NCBI GenBank assembly: GCA_964426385.1
Contig: CAYRQF010000004.1
Location: 12,573 to 76,572 of the forward strand
DNA: 64,000 nt
Reading direction: 5' to 3'
DNA from: an uncultured Candidatus Saccharibacteria bacterium
Lineage (GTDB): Bacteria; Patescibacteriota; Minisyncoccia; Phycocordibacterales; CSBR16-119
The translations under genes and the position numbers were made by a program. Of this stretch, positions 52,788-63,622 are shown piece after piece (position 1 is the stretch's first letter; each line of letters opens with the position of its first letter). The notes beneath the pieces are model-generated. The model did not search any database. It saw only the letters and a list, made by a program, of their open reading frames with translations, and was not told where the DNA came from.

Positions 52788-53039
52788 TTATTTGTTATCG
52801 GCAGCAGCTCTCGCCGGTGCATCCTTGTTAACTCTCGGCTTTCGGACTTTGATGTTTAGGTGAGGGAAGTATCGTCCGCGGTCTTTGTTCGAGAGTGTGA
52901 AGTCGATGGCCGTCTTGCCCTGGAGCTGTTTTCGGCGCTTCTGTTTCGCATTGAAATGGTTAAATCCCGGCTTTCGAGCTTTAAGCTTGCCGTTCTTTGT
53001 TATTCGTATTCTTTTTGTAAGTGATTTCTTTGTTTTCAT
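52788..53039 (-). CDS. rpmI: 50S ribosomal protein L35
   Basis: MKTKKSLTKRIRITKNGKLKARKPGFNHFNAKQKRRKQL is basic and bL35-like. It sits in the canonical infC-rpmI-rplT order. Confidence 0.75.
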   Translation of the reverse strand: MKTKKSLTKRIRITKNGKLKARKPGFNHFNAKQKRRKQLQGKTAIDFTLSNKDRGRYFPHLNIKVRKPRVNKDAPARAAADNK

Positions 53040-53043
53040 AAAT

Positions 53044-53565
53044 TTAGTTCTTTTTGGTGTTGTCTCTCTCGAGAGTGACCATCATACCGCGAGGGCTCGG
53101 CTTCATCGGTTCGGCTATCTTGTAAGTTGCGGTGATGAGGTTCAGGACTCTGTCCAGACGCTCCTTCTTGAAATTCTGCTCGGTGTACTTCGAGCGTCCT
53201 ACGAGGTAGAGCTCCACTTTGACTCGATGTCCTTCTTCTAGCCATTCAGAGGCTTTTTTTGCCTTTAGCTCCAGGTCATTCTCGCCAGTTGCGATCTTGA
53301 TCTGGATGGATTTGGTCTCAGTCTTGTGGGCTTTCGACTTGGCTTCTTTCAGTTTCTTGTTTTGTTCGTACTGAAATTTACCATAATCCATTATTTTTGC
53401 AATAGGCGGGACGGCGGTCGCAGTAATCTCGATGAGATCGAGTCCACGTTCTTCGGCGAGCGCTATGGCATCTTTGGTCTTCATCACGCCGAGTTTCGCG
53501 TCCTCGTCGCCGATGAGTCTGACCTCCAGACTCCTTATTTCATTGTTTATTCGGTTTCGGATCAA
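53044..53565 (-). CDS. infC: translation initiation factor IF-3
   Basis: INNEIRSLEVRLIGDEDAKLGVM...GLDLIEITATAVPPIAKIMDYGKFQY matches IF3 N- and C-terminal domain consensus. Confidence 0.9.
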   Translation of the reverse strand: MIRNRINNEIRSLEVRLIGDEDAKLGVMKTKDAIALAEERGLDLIEITATAVPPIAKIMDYGKFQYEQNKKLKEAKSKAHKTETKSIQIKIATGENDLELKAKKASEWLEEGHRVKVELYLVGRSKYTEQNFKKERLDRVLNLITATYKIAEPMKPSPRGMMVTLERDNTKKN

Positions 53566-53690
53566 TTCTTTATTCTAGTTCTTACTTATGATTAAGTCCT
53601 CGAATTCTAGCTTATATATATAGTATCGTCAATCATTTCAGGCTTTTTTGGCCTTGTGTTAAAAAAGCATGTCTAGGCTAGGGCAAAACC

Positions 53691-53719
53691 TTGACTTCAT
53701 ATTATCTTTTATATAGTAT
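53691..53719 (+). promoter_or_regulatory. sigma70-like promoter upstream of tuf (TTGACT-17-TAGTAT)
   Basis: ttgacttcatattatcttttatatagtat, roughly 170 nt upstream of the tuf start. Confidence 0.55.
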
Positions 53720-53890
53720 GTCCTTACGCTAATTGTGTGACGAGGGTGGTTAATATCCCGCTAAACTAAGGCGGGCTAAATTTATCCGGAGTTTCACGTA
53801 TAGCCTATTATTAAAATTAGTATGTTGGTGGGTCTAATCTAAGAGCGTGTTCTCGTGTTTTAGGTTACGTTCATCAACCAATGTAATTAT

Positions 53891-55090
<1,200 letters not shown>

Positions 55091-55113
55091 CGATTCTTAA
55101 TAGTTCATTAAAT

Positions 55114-55464
55114 ATGGCGACTAAAAAAGCACAATCAAAGACTAAAAAGGCAAGCGATAAAGTAGTGCTTAGGATTCGCGTCCGGGCTTACGAGAACAAG
55201 ATTCTCGATAACTCTGTGAAGCAGATCATTGATACGGCTATGCGCCACGATGCCGGAGTATTGGGCCCAGTGCCTCTTCCGACAGAGATCAAGAAGTACA
55301 CCGTGAATAGCTCACCGTTCGTTTATAAAGATGCGCGAGAACAATTCGAGATCAGGACGCATAAACGTCTTATCGACATCTTGAACCCATCACCGAAAAC
55401 GATCGAGGCTCTCACCAACCTAAACCTTCCTTCAGGCGTCGAGATCGATGTGAAAATGGTCTAA
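55114..55464 (+). CDS. rpsJ: 30S ribosomal protein S10
   Basis: [37 protein letters not shown] matches uS10. Confidence 0.9.
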   Translation: MATKKAQSKTKKASDKVVLRIRVRAYENKILDNSVKQIIDTAMRHDAGVLGPVPLPTEIKKYTVNSSPFVYKDAREQFEIRTHKRLIDILNPSPKTIEALTNLNLPSGVEIDVKMV

Positions 55465-55539
55465 TTAATAGACTAATCAACCGGTTACAATGCCCACGAG
55501 CCGCGTTTGACGCGGTCCGGGGTAACTTAACTAAATATC

Positions 55540-56163
55540 ATGAAATTCATTCTTGGAAAAAAAATAAATATGACTCAGTTCTTCGATGAGGACGGCAAGG
55601 TTTTCCCTGCGACCCTTGTCGATGCTGGACCAATCAAGGTTGTCCAGAGGAAGACTGTCGAGCAGGACGGCTATGAGGCTATCCAGTTCGGCTATGGCGA
55701 AGTAAAGGAGGCGAGAGTCAACAAGGCGGCCAAAGGCCACTTCAAGGATCTCGGTAACTACAGACACCTCAAAGAGTACCGTCTCAAAGGCCCCGAGTCT
55801 TCTGACCTTAAGGTCGGAGACACTCTAGACGCTGGAGTCTTCACCGCTGGCGACACTGTCGTTGTGACAGGCGTTTCCAAGGGTAAGGGCTTCCAGGGTG
55901 TGGTCAAACGTCACGGTTTCAAAGGTGGACGACGCTCTCATGGACAGAAGCACTCTGAGCGCGAACCAGGAACTATCTCCGGAGGCGGAGGACGTGCCGG
56001 AGGTCGCGTGGCCAAAGGTCTACGCATGGGGGGACGCATGGGTGGCGATATCGTCACTGTGAAGAATCTCAAGGTACTCGCCATCGATACTGAAAACAGC
56101 AAGATTCTAGTTAAGGGAGCAATCCCTGGTCGACGTGGAACACTCGTAACCATAATAGGCTAA
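55540..56163 (+). CDS. rplC: 50S ribosomal protein L3
   Basis: uL3 consensus KTVEQDGYEAIQFGYGE...GFQGVVKRHGFKGG. Confidence 0.9.
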   Translation: MKFILGKKINMTQFFDEDGKVFPATLVDAGPIKVVQRKTVEQDGYEAIQFGYGEVKEARVNKAAKGHFKDLGNYRHLKEYRLKGPESSDLKVGDTLDAGVFTAGDTVVVTGVSKGKGFQGVVKRHGFKGGRRSHGQKHSEREPGTISGGGGRAGGRVAKGLRMGGRMGGDIVTVKNLKVLAIDTENSKILVKGAIPGRRGTLVTIIG

Positions 56164-56172
56164 TACAAATAT

Positions 56173-56838
56173 ATGGAAGCAAAAATCTACAACAAAAGCG
56201 GAAAGGAAGCGGGAACGATAGAGATCCCGGCTGAAATATTTGGCCTTACATGGAACGCCGACTTGGTTCACCAGGTCTACACGTCACAGAACTCTAATGC
56301 TCGTGCTAACACTGCGAAGACCAAGGATCGTTCCGAAGTCTCTGGTACAGGCAAGAAGCCTTGGAAGCAGAAGGGAACAGGACGTGCCCGACACGGCTCG
56401 AAGCGTTCTCCGATCTGGGTCAAAGGAGGTATCACATTCGGTCCTTCTCCTGAACGAAACTACAAGAAGAAAATCAACAAGAAGATGAACGCCAAAGCTC
56501 TCTTTACTGTGCTCTCTGAGAAGCTCCGAAACGGACAGGTTCTGTTCGTCGACAGTATCGCGCCTGGAGCGATGAAGACAAAAGAGGCATCGAAAATCAT
56601 GCAGGCTCTCGGTGATGTTACAGGATTCGAGAGGCTCAAAGGCTCAAAGAAGGTCGTTGCCCATGTCGCCATGGACAAGACTGACGAAGTAGTCACAAAG
56701 AGCTTCAACAACATCCCTAACGTTGCGATTGAAGAGATCCGAAACCTTAGCGTTACCGACCTCTTGAACCACCGATACCTATTAATAGTCAACCCAAAGG
56801 CGTCAATCGAGATCCTCGGGGCTAAATTAGCGAAATAA
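56173..56838 (+). CDS. rplD: 50S ribosomal protein L4
   Basis: uL4 motif KPWKQKGTGRARHGS. Confidence 0.9.
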   Translation: MEAKIYNKSGKEAGTIEIPAEIFGLTWNADLVHQVYTSQNSNARANTAKTKDRSEVSGTGKKPWKQKGTGRARHGSKRSPIWVKGGITFGPSPERNYKKKINKKMNAKALFTVLSEKLRNGQVLFVDSIAPGAMKTKEASKIMQALGDVTGFERLKGSKKVVAHVAMDKTDEVVTKSFNNIPNVAIEEIRNLSVTDLLNHRYLLIVNPKASIEILGAKLAK

Positions 56839-56839
56839 T

Positions 56840-57244
56840 ATGGGAATATTTTCTAAAAAAGAAGGCGATAAACCTGTAGTAAAGAAAGCTGTAACCAAGA
56901 AGCCTGCCGTAAAGGCTGAGCCGAAGGCTGTGGTCGCTAAGGCGCCGAAGGTGAGTGGCAAAGTCTCTGTCAATGCGGCGAAGATTCTAAAGAATCCTCG
57001 CATCACTGAGAAAGCTGCGCACATCTCTGATAACCGAGTGTACACATTCGACGTTTTTCCTGGAGCTTCAAAGATTGATATCGCTAAAGCCGTCGCATCC
57101 GTATATGGTGTCGTGCCAGTACGAGTGAACGTTTCAGCTATCGCCAAGAAGCAGGTCCTACGAAGAGGCAGACTAGGGGTAAAGGGCGGAGGAAGGAAGG
57201 CTTACGTATACCTCAAAAAAGGGGACAAGATAGAATTTATTTAA
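56840..57244 (+). CDS. rplW: 50S ribosomal protein L23 with Lys/Ala-rich N-terminal extension
   Basis: uL23 core ILKNPRITEKAAHISDNRVYTFDV...AKAVASVYGVVPVRVNV. Confidence 0.85.
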   Translation: MGIFSKKEGDKPVVKKAVTKKPAVKAEPKAVVAKAPKVSGKVSVNAAKILKNPRITEKAAHISDNRVYTFDVFPGASKIDIAKAVASVYGVVPVRVNVSAIAKKQVLRRGRLGVKGGGRKAYVYLKKGDKIEFI

Positions 57245-57299
57245 TTAATTTAAGCAGTCTGAGAACCACAACAGTTACTCATTATAGATTGCAGATACC

Positions 57300-58154
57300 A
57301 TGAAAAAGTATAAACCAACATCAGCAGGTAGACGAGGCATGACGGTAGTAACATACCGAGGCGTGCTTACGAAATCTGCTCGAAACAAGAAGTTGACGAC
57401 TGGAGGCAAGCGCCACGTCGGTCGCAACAATCAGGGTCGCATCACAACGCCTCACAAGGGTGGAGGACACAAGCGTGCGTATCGAGAAGTTGACTTCAAA
57501 TACAACAAGATCGATATCCCGGCTACATTTACGACTGTCGAATACGATCCGAACCGCAATGCGTTCATCTCACTCGCAGTCTACGCCGATGGTGAGAAGC
57601 GATATGTCATCTTCCCGAAGGGTGCCAAGGTTGGAGACAAGTTTGTCGTTAGTAAGTCTGCTGAGCCGAAAGTCGGCAACAGGCTTCCTCTCGTGAACAT
57701 CCCAGTCGGTACATTTATCTACAACGTTGAACTGAAAACTAACGGTGGAGCGAAACTTGGCCGAGGGGCTGGAGCATTCCTCCAGGTCGTCGCTCATGAT
57801 GAAGGCAAAACTTTCATCAAGATGCCATCGACCGAAGTCCGTAAGGTCCCATCGACATGCTGGGCATCAGTCGGTGAAGTTTCGAACTCCGAATGGAAAC
57901 TCACGAACTTCGGTAAAGCCGGACGTTCACGCTGGAAGGGAATTCGTCCGACAGTGCGTGGTTCTGCCATGAGTCCAGTGGATCACCCACACGGCGGAGG
58001 AGAGGGTCGTCAGGGAATCGGACTTCGCCGAGGACCAAAGACTCGTCACGGAAAACTCGCCTACGGTGTCAAAACACGAAAGTCCAAGAAATACTCAAAC
58101 AACTTCGTTGTTACTCGCCGAAAGACAAAGCGAAATCAACAGACAGTTATGTAA
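57300..58154 (+). CDS. rplB: 50S ribosomal protein L2
   Basis: uL2 motifs GRNNQGRITTPHKGGGHKR, ...GGAKLGRGAG..., and SPVDHPHGGGEGR. Confidence 0.95.
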   Translation: MKKYKPTSAGRRGMTVVTYRGVLTKSARNKKLTTGGKRHVGRNNQGRITTPHKGGGHKRAYREVDFKYNKIDIPATFTTVEYDPNRNAFISLAVYADGEKRYVIFPKGAKVGDKFVVSKSAEPKVGNRLPLVNIPVGTFIYNVELKTNGGAKLGRGAGAFLQVVAHDEGKTFIKMPSTEVRKVPSTCWASVGEVSNSEWKLTNFGKAGRSRWKGIRPTVRGSAMSPVDHPHGGGEGRQGIGLRRGPKTRHGKLAYGVKTRKSKKYSNNFVVTRRKTKRNQQTVM

Positions 58155-58157
58155 TAA

Positions 58158-58193
58158 AAGCAAAGCCCCGAGAAATCGGGGCTTTGCTTTTGT
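58158..58193 (+). terminator. Rho-independent terminator directly after rplB (interrupts the S10 operon)
   Basis: aaagcaaagccccgagaaatcggggctttgcttttgtg. Confidence 0.7.
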
Positions 58194-58249
58194 GTTGACA
58201 AATAAGGGTTTTTGATGTAATATCCCGCCGAACCAACATAGATAGAACC

Positions 58250-59326
58250 ATGACAAACAGCAAATGGGCCTTACGGCTTGGGAAGCTGGTCGTCATGATC
58301 ATGCTTCTCTCTAATGTCGGATTTTTCAGAGGGGTTGTGGGTTGGGTAAACAGCGACAACAATAGCCCAGCCATTGTTGCCTATGATGAGCTCCGTAAAA
58401 AGGGCGGCGTCAGGGCGACAATCGCAGCTGAGCATCTGACCAACGAATATCTGCGTAACAAGCTCGACTCGGTTGTGAGTCTGGTCCGGAATGGGCATGT
58501 CTATACCATCCGCGATTACTTCATCGACTATCGAGATGTGCAGGACTACGCCGCCCTTAATTCCCCTTGGAACAACTGCCCGCTCGGCCTCTGTGAGATA
58601 CAGAATCAGGTGAGGGTAAGTGGTAGCGAGCCAAACAGGGAGGAAGTGGATCGGGCGCGTGAGGAGATCCTCGGAATGAAGGAGCCAAAATCCACCCCGA
58701 TCAACTGGTCGCGGGTCACAGACTGGCTGCTTCGGCAGTACCTTATGGGACTTTTGCCGGCACTGCTTATGTGCCTCATTCTTGCCCGTCAGGGACGGAT
58801 CAGCTTCAGCTTCCGAAAGTCTCCGGTATCAGCGCTCGCTTATCTGGCCTTGTGGCCGATCAATCTCGGTGCGTGCATCATCGCTGCGTTCCAAGACATC
58901 GACCGTGAGGCGCGGTTGCGCACCGAGAAGGATTCGCTTTTCTCCAAGCTATCAGGTCTGGAGGAAGAATTCCTGAACGGACTGCGGGACCGCTCTGGTC
59001 GCGAAGAGTTGCTGAGCGCACGCCGTGCACATCACAGCTATATCTTCGCAATCATCGCGGTACTCGTCATGAGAGTCGTTCCAGTTGTAGCCCAGAATGT
59101 TTCGGAAACGGAACACAAGACTACGATTGAGATGGCGTATCATGACCCTCCAGATAGTTGGAGTAGCGAGGTGGGGGATTCTGAAGACCCGATGTGTATC
59201 TTTGCGTTCGAGCGTTTCATTGCTGAAGCCAAAAGGCGTTTTGTCTGGTGGCCGAGTAGTGCGTTCGATATATTGGTTGGTTTCAACAGGGACGTTCATC
59301 ACGTTCCGTTGAGTGACACAGTCTGA
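58250..59326 (+). CDS. hypothetical polytopic membrane protein (island gene)
   Basis: Several hydrophobic helices. GC appears locally higher than in the flanking ribosomal genes. Confidence 0.5.
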   Translation: MTNSKWALRLGKLVVMIMLLSNVGFFRGVVGWVNSDNNSPAIVAYDELRKKGGVRATIAAEHLTNEYLRNKLDSVVSLVRNGHVYTIRDYFIDYRDVQDYAALNSPWNNCPLGLCEIQNQVRVSGSEPNREEVDRAREEILGMKEPKSTPINWSRVTDWLLRQYLMGLLPALLMCLILARQGRISFSFRKSPVSALAYLALWPINLGACIIAAFQDIDREARLRTEKDSLFSKLSGLEEEFLNGLRDRSGREELLSARRAHHSYIFAIIAVLVMRVVPVVAQNVSETEHKTTIEMAYHDPPDSWSSEVGDSEDPMCIFAFERFIAEAKRRFVWWPSSAFDILVGFNRDVHHVPLSDTV

Positions 59327-59358
59327 TAAAGCTGTGTTCAACTCAACCAACCAAAAAC

Positions 59359-60213
59359 GTGAAGAAAAACAAAAGGAATTTCTTGGCACTCTCCGCACTT
59401 CTCGTGCTGTCAGTAGCCAAGGCCCAGATAGAGAACGTGAATCTCGGTAACGATTCGAGCTTTGTGCTCGATCGAGTGTATGCCGGAATGCTCGGAGCCA
59501 ACAACTTCTCGATCGATAGCGTTTATCGAACGGGTTTCGTCGGCTTTCGAGTTGGCGCATCTGCGAGGCTTCGTGTGTCCAAAGCAGTGTCAGTCATATC
59601 CTTCATCACCGAAGACATGACCAACGTCGGCAATAGTATCGGAGGCTCCGGCTTCCTGGTGCGAGTGCAGATGGACACGAGCTTATACATGGCCATCGGT
59701 TTCGGTCCGCAGGTAAGTACGTTCCTACAACGCCCTCATCCTGCGACTGCTGGCGGTCAGTTCGAGACGTTTACCCATCGGGCGATACCGGGACCTGGTC
59801 CTGGGATTCGCTTGGTCAAGACGATCGGCAAGACCAGTCTGCTCGGAAGCGTCGCCATGATCGACGACGATCCGGAATACCAAGTGGGTGTTCTATTCGC
59901 TGGACTGCGAGCGTCTGTTTGGCACCGAGCTGACAGTCTGTGGGGAACTGCAGTTACATACGAGCATGATCGCTTCAAGACAATCCTCGTCGTACGCGAT
60001 GATCTGCTGGCGTGCGTGACCACGGTCAATCTGCCGAACAAGTACATTGTCTACGCTGACGCCGGTATGACAACAGACCACTACACTGTTGTTCGTGCAG
60101 AGGCAGGCATACTACGAACTTTCGAAGCAAAAGCGTATATCAAGGGTCTATTCGGCCTCGGGTATGCGCATGAGCTTCGAAGCGCGCGAGGTTACATCTT
60201 CGTTACGCTATGA
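59359..60213 (+). CDS. secreted beta-rich hypothetical protein, possibly porin/OMP-like (island gene)
   Basis: Signal peptide MKKNKRNFLALSALLVLSVAKAQ. Alternating hydrophobic pattern with Gly/Tyr-rich strands. Confidence 0.45.
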   Translation: MKKNKRNFLALSALLVLSVAKAQIENVNLGNDSSFVLDRVYAGMLGANNFSIDSVYRTGFVGFRVGASARLRVSKAVSVISFITEDMTNVGNSIGGSGFLVRVQMDTSLYMAIGFGPQVSTFLQRPHPATAGGQFETFTHRAIPGPGPGIRLVKTIGKTSLLGSVAMIDDDPEYQVGVLFAGLRASVWHRADSLWGTAVTYEHDRFKTILVVRDDLLACVTTVNLPNKYIVYADAGMTTDHYTVVRAEAGILRTFEAKAYIKGLFGLGYAHELRSARGYIFVTL

Positions 60214-60305
60214 ACATTCGACGCAAGCTGCCGCCGTCCCTTTGGGATTGCGGCAGCTTTTGCATTCAGGTGGTATAATTTAGGTATTAGAAATATCATA
60301 TTTAT

Positions 60306-60809
60306 ATGAAGAATAATAATGTCGTCATAGGGCTTCTGGTTGTTGTTATTGTGATTTTGGCGCTTATCGCTTTCAAGAAACCAGCGAATGCTCCGGTTGA
60401 TACTCCGGACGAAAATACCGGTGAGACAGAACTCGATGGAACAAAGCTTTATCGAGGTGAAGGATTTTCATTCCGACATGATAAGCTCGCAAGTGTTCGA
60501 GTCGAAGGTGCAGGAACTTATGCGCCTCTATATACAATCTCTAGATCTGATGATGGAGGAGCGGCAGACCATCTCAGCTTCTTTCCAGCAGGAATGCCGA
60601 GTTTGAGTGAGTACAATCCATGCGGGGAGATGGAGGTTAAGAGTATGACTATCGGAGATAAACTATTTTCTTATTGTGACAGCAAAGCTGAACCAATGCG
60701 TACTTATATTTACAAAGATGGAGAGAAGGCCTTGATGATTAATGTAAACATGACAGGGGATAAGCCAGCTACTGGCTACATTGATCTCGCTTCGATTGAT
60801 CTGAAATAA
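60306..60809 (+). CDS. membrane-anchored hypothetical protein
   Basis: N-terminal TM VVIGLLVVVIVILALIAF. Confidence 0.5.
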   Translation: MKNNNVVIGLLVVVIVILALIAFKKPANAPVDTPDENTGETELDGTKLYRGEGFSFRHDKLASVRVEGAGTYAPLYTISRSDDGGAADHLSFFPAGMPSLSEYNPCGEMEVKSMTIGDKLFSYCDSKAEPMRTYIYKDGEKALMINVNMTGDKPATGYIDLASIDLK

Positions 60810-60818
60810 TAACTCTAG

Positions 60819-60851
60819 CAAAACCCCTCAAACGAGGGGTTTTGCTTTTTC
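60819..60851 (+). terminator. Rho-independent terminator
   Basis: aaaacccctcaaacgaggggttttgcttttt. Confidence 0.75.
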
Positions 60852-60891
60852 AGGCGGGGAAGTATAGACTCGTGACAAACACGAACAACAC

Positions 60892-61863
60892 ATGAGCACC
60901 ATCACTCTTCCAAACACACTGCTGCGTTCAGAGCTGAAACTACCGGGCGTCATAGACGTCTATCGTGGCAAAGTCCGAGACGTTTACCACCTAAAAGGCG
61001 ATATGATCGTCATGGTGGCGAGCGATCGACTGAGCGCCTTTGATGTTGTGATGCCGCGAGGTATTCCGCACAAAGGCCAGACATTGACCGAGATCAGCTG
61101 GGAAATGCTGCGGACAAGCTCGGTTCCTCAATGGGCGATGCATTCGCCTGACCCCTGTGTGATCGTTGGCGTTCGCACTACGCCGATCAAGGTTGAGATG
61201 GTCGTTCGCGACCGACTCACGGGGAGTTGGTGGCGGAAATACCAACAGGGTATACGTGAGATCGGTGGCTACAAGCTTCGAGACGGGATGAAGGAATTCG
61301 ATCGTTTCGAGGATGATGGCCCCATCATCACACCGAGCACAAAGGCCGATGAAGGGCATGATGAGGATATCAGCCCTGATGAGATCATTGCTCAAGGTTT
61401 GTGCACTGGGGATCAGTGGGACAAGATGTGTCTCTACTCCCTTGAGCTCTTCCGTGAAGGCACGCGCATTGCGCTCCAGCGCAAACTTGTCTTGGTGGAT
61501 ACCAAGTACGAGTTCGGCTTGGATCCGACTGGCAACGTGATCTTGATCGATGAGATCAATACCCCTGACAGCTCGCGATACTTCCATCACGAAGGTTTCG
61601 ACGTGGCGATCGCTGATGGCAAAACTCCCAAGCATCTTTCCAAGGAGTTCGTACGTCAGTGGCTTATCAGCCAGGGCTTCCAGGGCAAGGAGGGGCAGAA
61701 AATGCCCGAACTCACCGATGGATGGGTTATGCTTGTGAGCGAGCGATACGCCGAGCTCTTCGGCTGCATCATGGGCAAACCCTTTGAGCCTGCATCAACT
61801 GAGGATATCAATGCTCGCATCCAGAGCAACCTCAACCGGTACTTCAATTCCATGCGGGGCTAG
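60892..61863 (+). CDS. purC: phosphoribosylaminoimidazole-succinocarboxamide (SAICAR) synthase
   Basis: VYRGKVRDVY, ASDRLSAFD and LVLVDTKYEFGLDPTGNVILIDEINTPDSSRY match PurC conserved blocks. Confidence 0.8.
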   Translation: MSTITLPNTLLRSELKLPGVIDVYRGKVRDVYHLKGDMIVMVASDRLSAFDVVMPRGIPHKGQTLTEISWEMLRTSSVPQWAMHSPDPCVIVGVRTTPIKVEMVVRDRLTGSWWRKYQQGIREIGGYKLRDGMKEFDRFEDDGPIITPSTKADEGHDEDISPDEIIAQGLCTGDQWDKMCLYSLELFREGTRIALQRKLVLVDTKYEFGLDPTGNVILIDEINTPDSSRYFHHEGFDVAIADGKTPKHLSKEFVRQWLISQGFQGKEGQKMPELTDGWVMLVSERYAELFGCIMGKPFEPASTEDINARIQSNLNRYFNSMRG

Positions 61864-61889
61864 CCAAGCTCAAACAGAACATTCGTTAG

Positions 61890-61925
61890 TCGCCCCTGGC
61901 CATCCGGCCGGGGGCGCTTTCGTTT
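61890..61925 (+). terminator. Rho-independent terminator after purC
   Basis: cgcccctggccatccggccgggggcgctttcgttt. Confidence 0.55.
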
Positions 61926-61934
61926 AAGTCCCGT

Positions 61935-61963
61935 TTGACAGGGGAAACCCCATCTGCTAGTAT
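61935..61963 (+). promoter_or_regulatory. near-consensus sigma70 promoter (TTGACA-17-TAGTAT) driving rpsS-rplV-rpsC-rplP
   Basis: ttgacaggggaaaccccatctgctagtat, about 120 nt upstream of rpsS. This implies the 3' half of the S10 cluster is transcribed separately. Confidence 0.6.
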
Positions 61964-62082
61964 GAACGACATTCGCGCCTAAGGCCCGAATTTTTTGAAA
62001 ATGAAATAGCAGATGGCAGTGAAGCTCTGGACTGTTCCAGAGACGAACGACCTAGCCATGCACTAATGATTTTCGTATACAC

Positions 62083-62445
62083 ATGACAAGATCACTTAAA
62101 AAAGGTCCATATATAGACGCAAAGCTTCTCAAGAAGATTGCGGACAAAAAACCCCAAGAAACAGGGGTTATTAATACTTGGGCTAGAAGCTCTCAGATAG
62201 CACCAGAAATGATCGGCTTTTCTTTTGGCGTTCATAACGGCAAGGACCACATCAAGGTATTCGTAACAGAAGACATGGTAGGGCACCGATTGGGCGAATT
62301 CTCTCCGACCCGCAAGTTCCACCGCCACGGAGGTAAGCTCATGAAAGAGCTGGAACAGAAGAAGAAAGAGGGCGAGGTCGCTGCAGCCCAGGCTGCCAAG
62401 TCAGCAGCTGATGCCGGAGCCGCTAAAGCACCTGCTAAGAAATAA
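62083..62445 (+). CDS. rpsS: 30S ribosomal protein S19 with Ala/Lys-rich C-terminal extension
   Basis: uS19 core [16 protein letters not shown]...[24 protein letters not shown]. Confidence 0.9.
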   Translation: MTRSLKKGPYIDAKLLKKIADKKPQETGVINTWARSSQIAPEMIGFSFGVHNGKDHIKVFVTEDMVGHRLGEFSPTRKFHRHGGKLMKELEQKKKEGEVAAAQAAKSAADAGAAKAPAKK

Positions 62446-62453
62446 AAACTGAT

Positions 62454-62918
62454 ATGAAAGCTATTCTTAAAAACTACCGCCAGTCACCACGAAAAGTTCG
62501 CCTCGTTGCGAAGGCTGTTCGTGGCAAGTCTGCGTCACAGGCTGCTATGATTCTCGACTTCATGCCGAAGCGCGCAGCTGACCCTATCAAGAAACTCATC
62601 GACTCTGCTGTCGCTAACGCTCGCGTCAATAATGGTATTGATATAGCTGACCTTGTGGTTAAAAACATCGAGATCAATCAGGGTGTCACACTCAAGCGTT
62701 ACCGCCCACGAGCTCGTGGTTCAGCGTACCGCATCAACAAGCGAACAAGCCATATCGTGGTAACCTTGGAATCAAAGGCAGGTTCAGCGGCAGGAGAGGC
62801 TGCGGCTACACCTGTAGCGAAGACTTCTACTGCGAAACCTGCCAAGGCCGTAGCGAAGAAGGCTGCAGCAAAGAAAGCCCCAGCAAAGAAGGCTGTGGTT
62901 AAGAAATCAACGAAATAA
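62454..62918 (+). CDS. rplV: 50S ribosomal protein L22 with Ala/Lys-rich C-terminal extension
   Basis: uL22 core ...SPRKVRLVAKAVRGKSASQAAMILDFMPKRAA...INQGVTLKRYRPRARGSAYRINKRTSHI. Confidence 0.9.
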   Translation: MKAILKNYRQSPRKVRLVAKAVRGKSASQAAMILDFMPKRAADPIKKLIDSAVANARVNNGIDIADLVVKNIEINQGVTLKRYRPRARGSAYRINKRTSHIVVTLESKAGSAAGEAAATPVAKTSTAKPAKAVAKKAAAKKAPAKKAVVKKSTK

Positions 62919-62919
62919 T

Positions 62920-63612
62920 ATGTCAAAGAAAGTTAACCCATATTCACATAGACTAGTAGTTCTCCGAGATTGGAAATCTCGCTGGTTTTCAACTGGCAAG
63001 AAATTCGCCGAGACTCTAAAGTCTGACATCCTCATCCGAGAATTCTTGACCAAGAAACTCCGAGCTGCATACCTATCTTGCGTCGAGATCGAACGATCTC
63101 GCAAAGCGACTCGCATCATCATCAAAACTGCTCGCCCAGGTCTCATCATCGGACGTTCCGGAGAGGGTGCCAAGAAAATCCGCGAGGATCTCGTTGCTAT
63201 GCTCAAGAAGAAGAACATCATCGTTCCTGAGGACATGAAGATAGACATCCAAGAAGTTACGAGTCCTGATGCTGATGCGCAGATCGTTGCTTACACTATT
63301 GTCGAAGGACTCGAGAAGCGTCTTCCTTTCCGTCGTGTCATCAAACAGACTCTCGAGAAAGTCATGGCCTCTAGGGAGGTCAAAGGTGCCCGTATCGTCG
63401 TCTCAGGACGACTCAACGGTGCTGACATGGCTCGCCGAGAAGAGGTCAAGCAGGGATCTATCCCACTACAGACTATCCGTGCCGATGTCGACTTTGCTCG
63501 TGAGCGCGCAGTTCTCTCATACGGAACTCTCGGTATCCGCGTTTGGATATACCGTGGCGAAGTGTTTGAGAAGGATCGATTGGCTGCTATGAATGCGAAT
63601 AATAGGAATTAA
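62920..63612 (+). CDS. rpsC: 30S ribosomal protein S3
   Basis: uS3 KH domain plus the C-terminal domain RPGLIIGRSGEGAKKIRE...GRLNGADMARRE. Confidence 0.9.
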   Translation: MSKKVNPYSHRLVVLRDWKSRWFSTGKKFAETLKSDILIREFLTKKLRAAYLSCVEIERSRKATRIIIKTARPGLIIGRSGEGAKKIREDLVAMLKKKNIIVPEDMKIDIQEVTSPDADAQIVAYTIVEGLEKRLPFRRVIKQTLEKVMASREVKGARIVVSGRLNGADMARREEVKQGSIPLQTIRADVDFARERAVLSYGTLGIRVWIYRGEVFEKDRLAAMNANNRN

Positions 63613-63622
63613 TTAGATCTAT

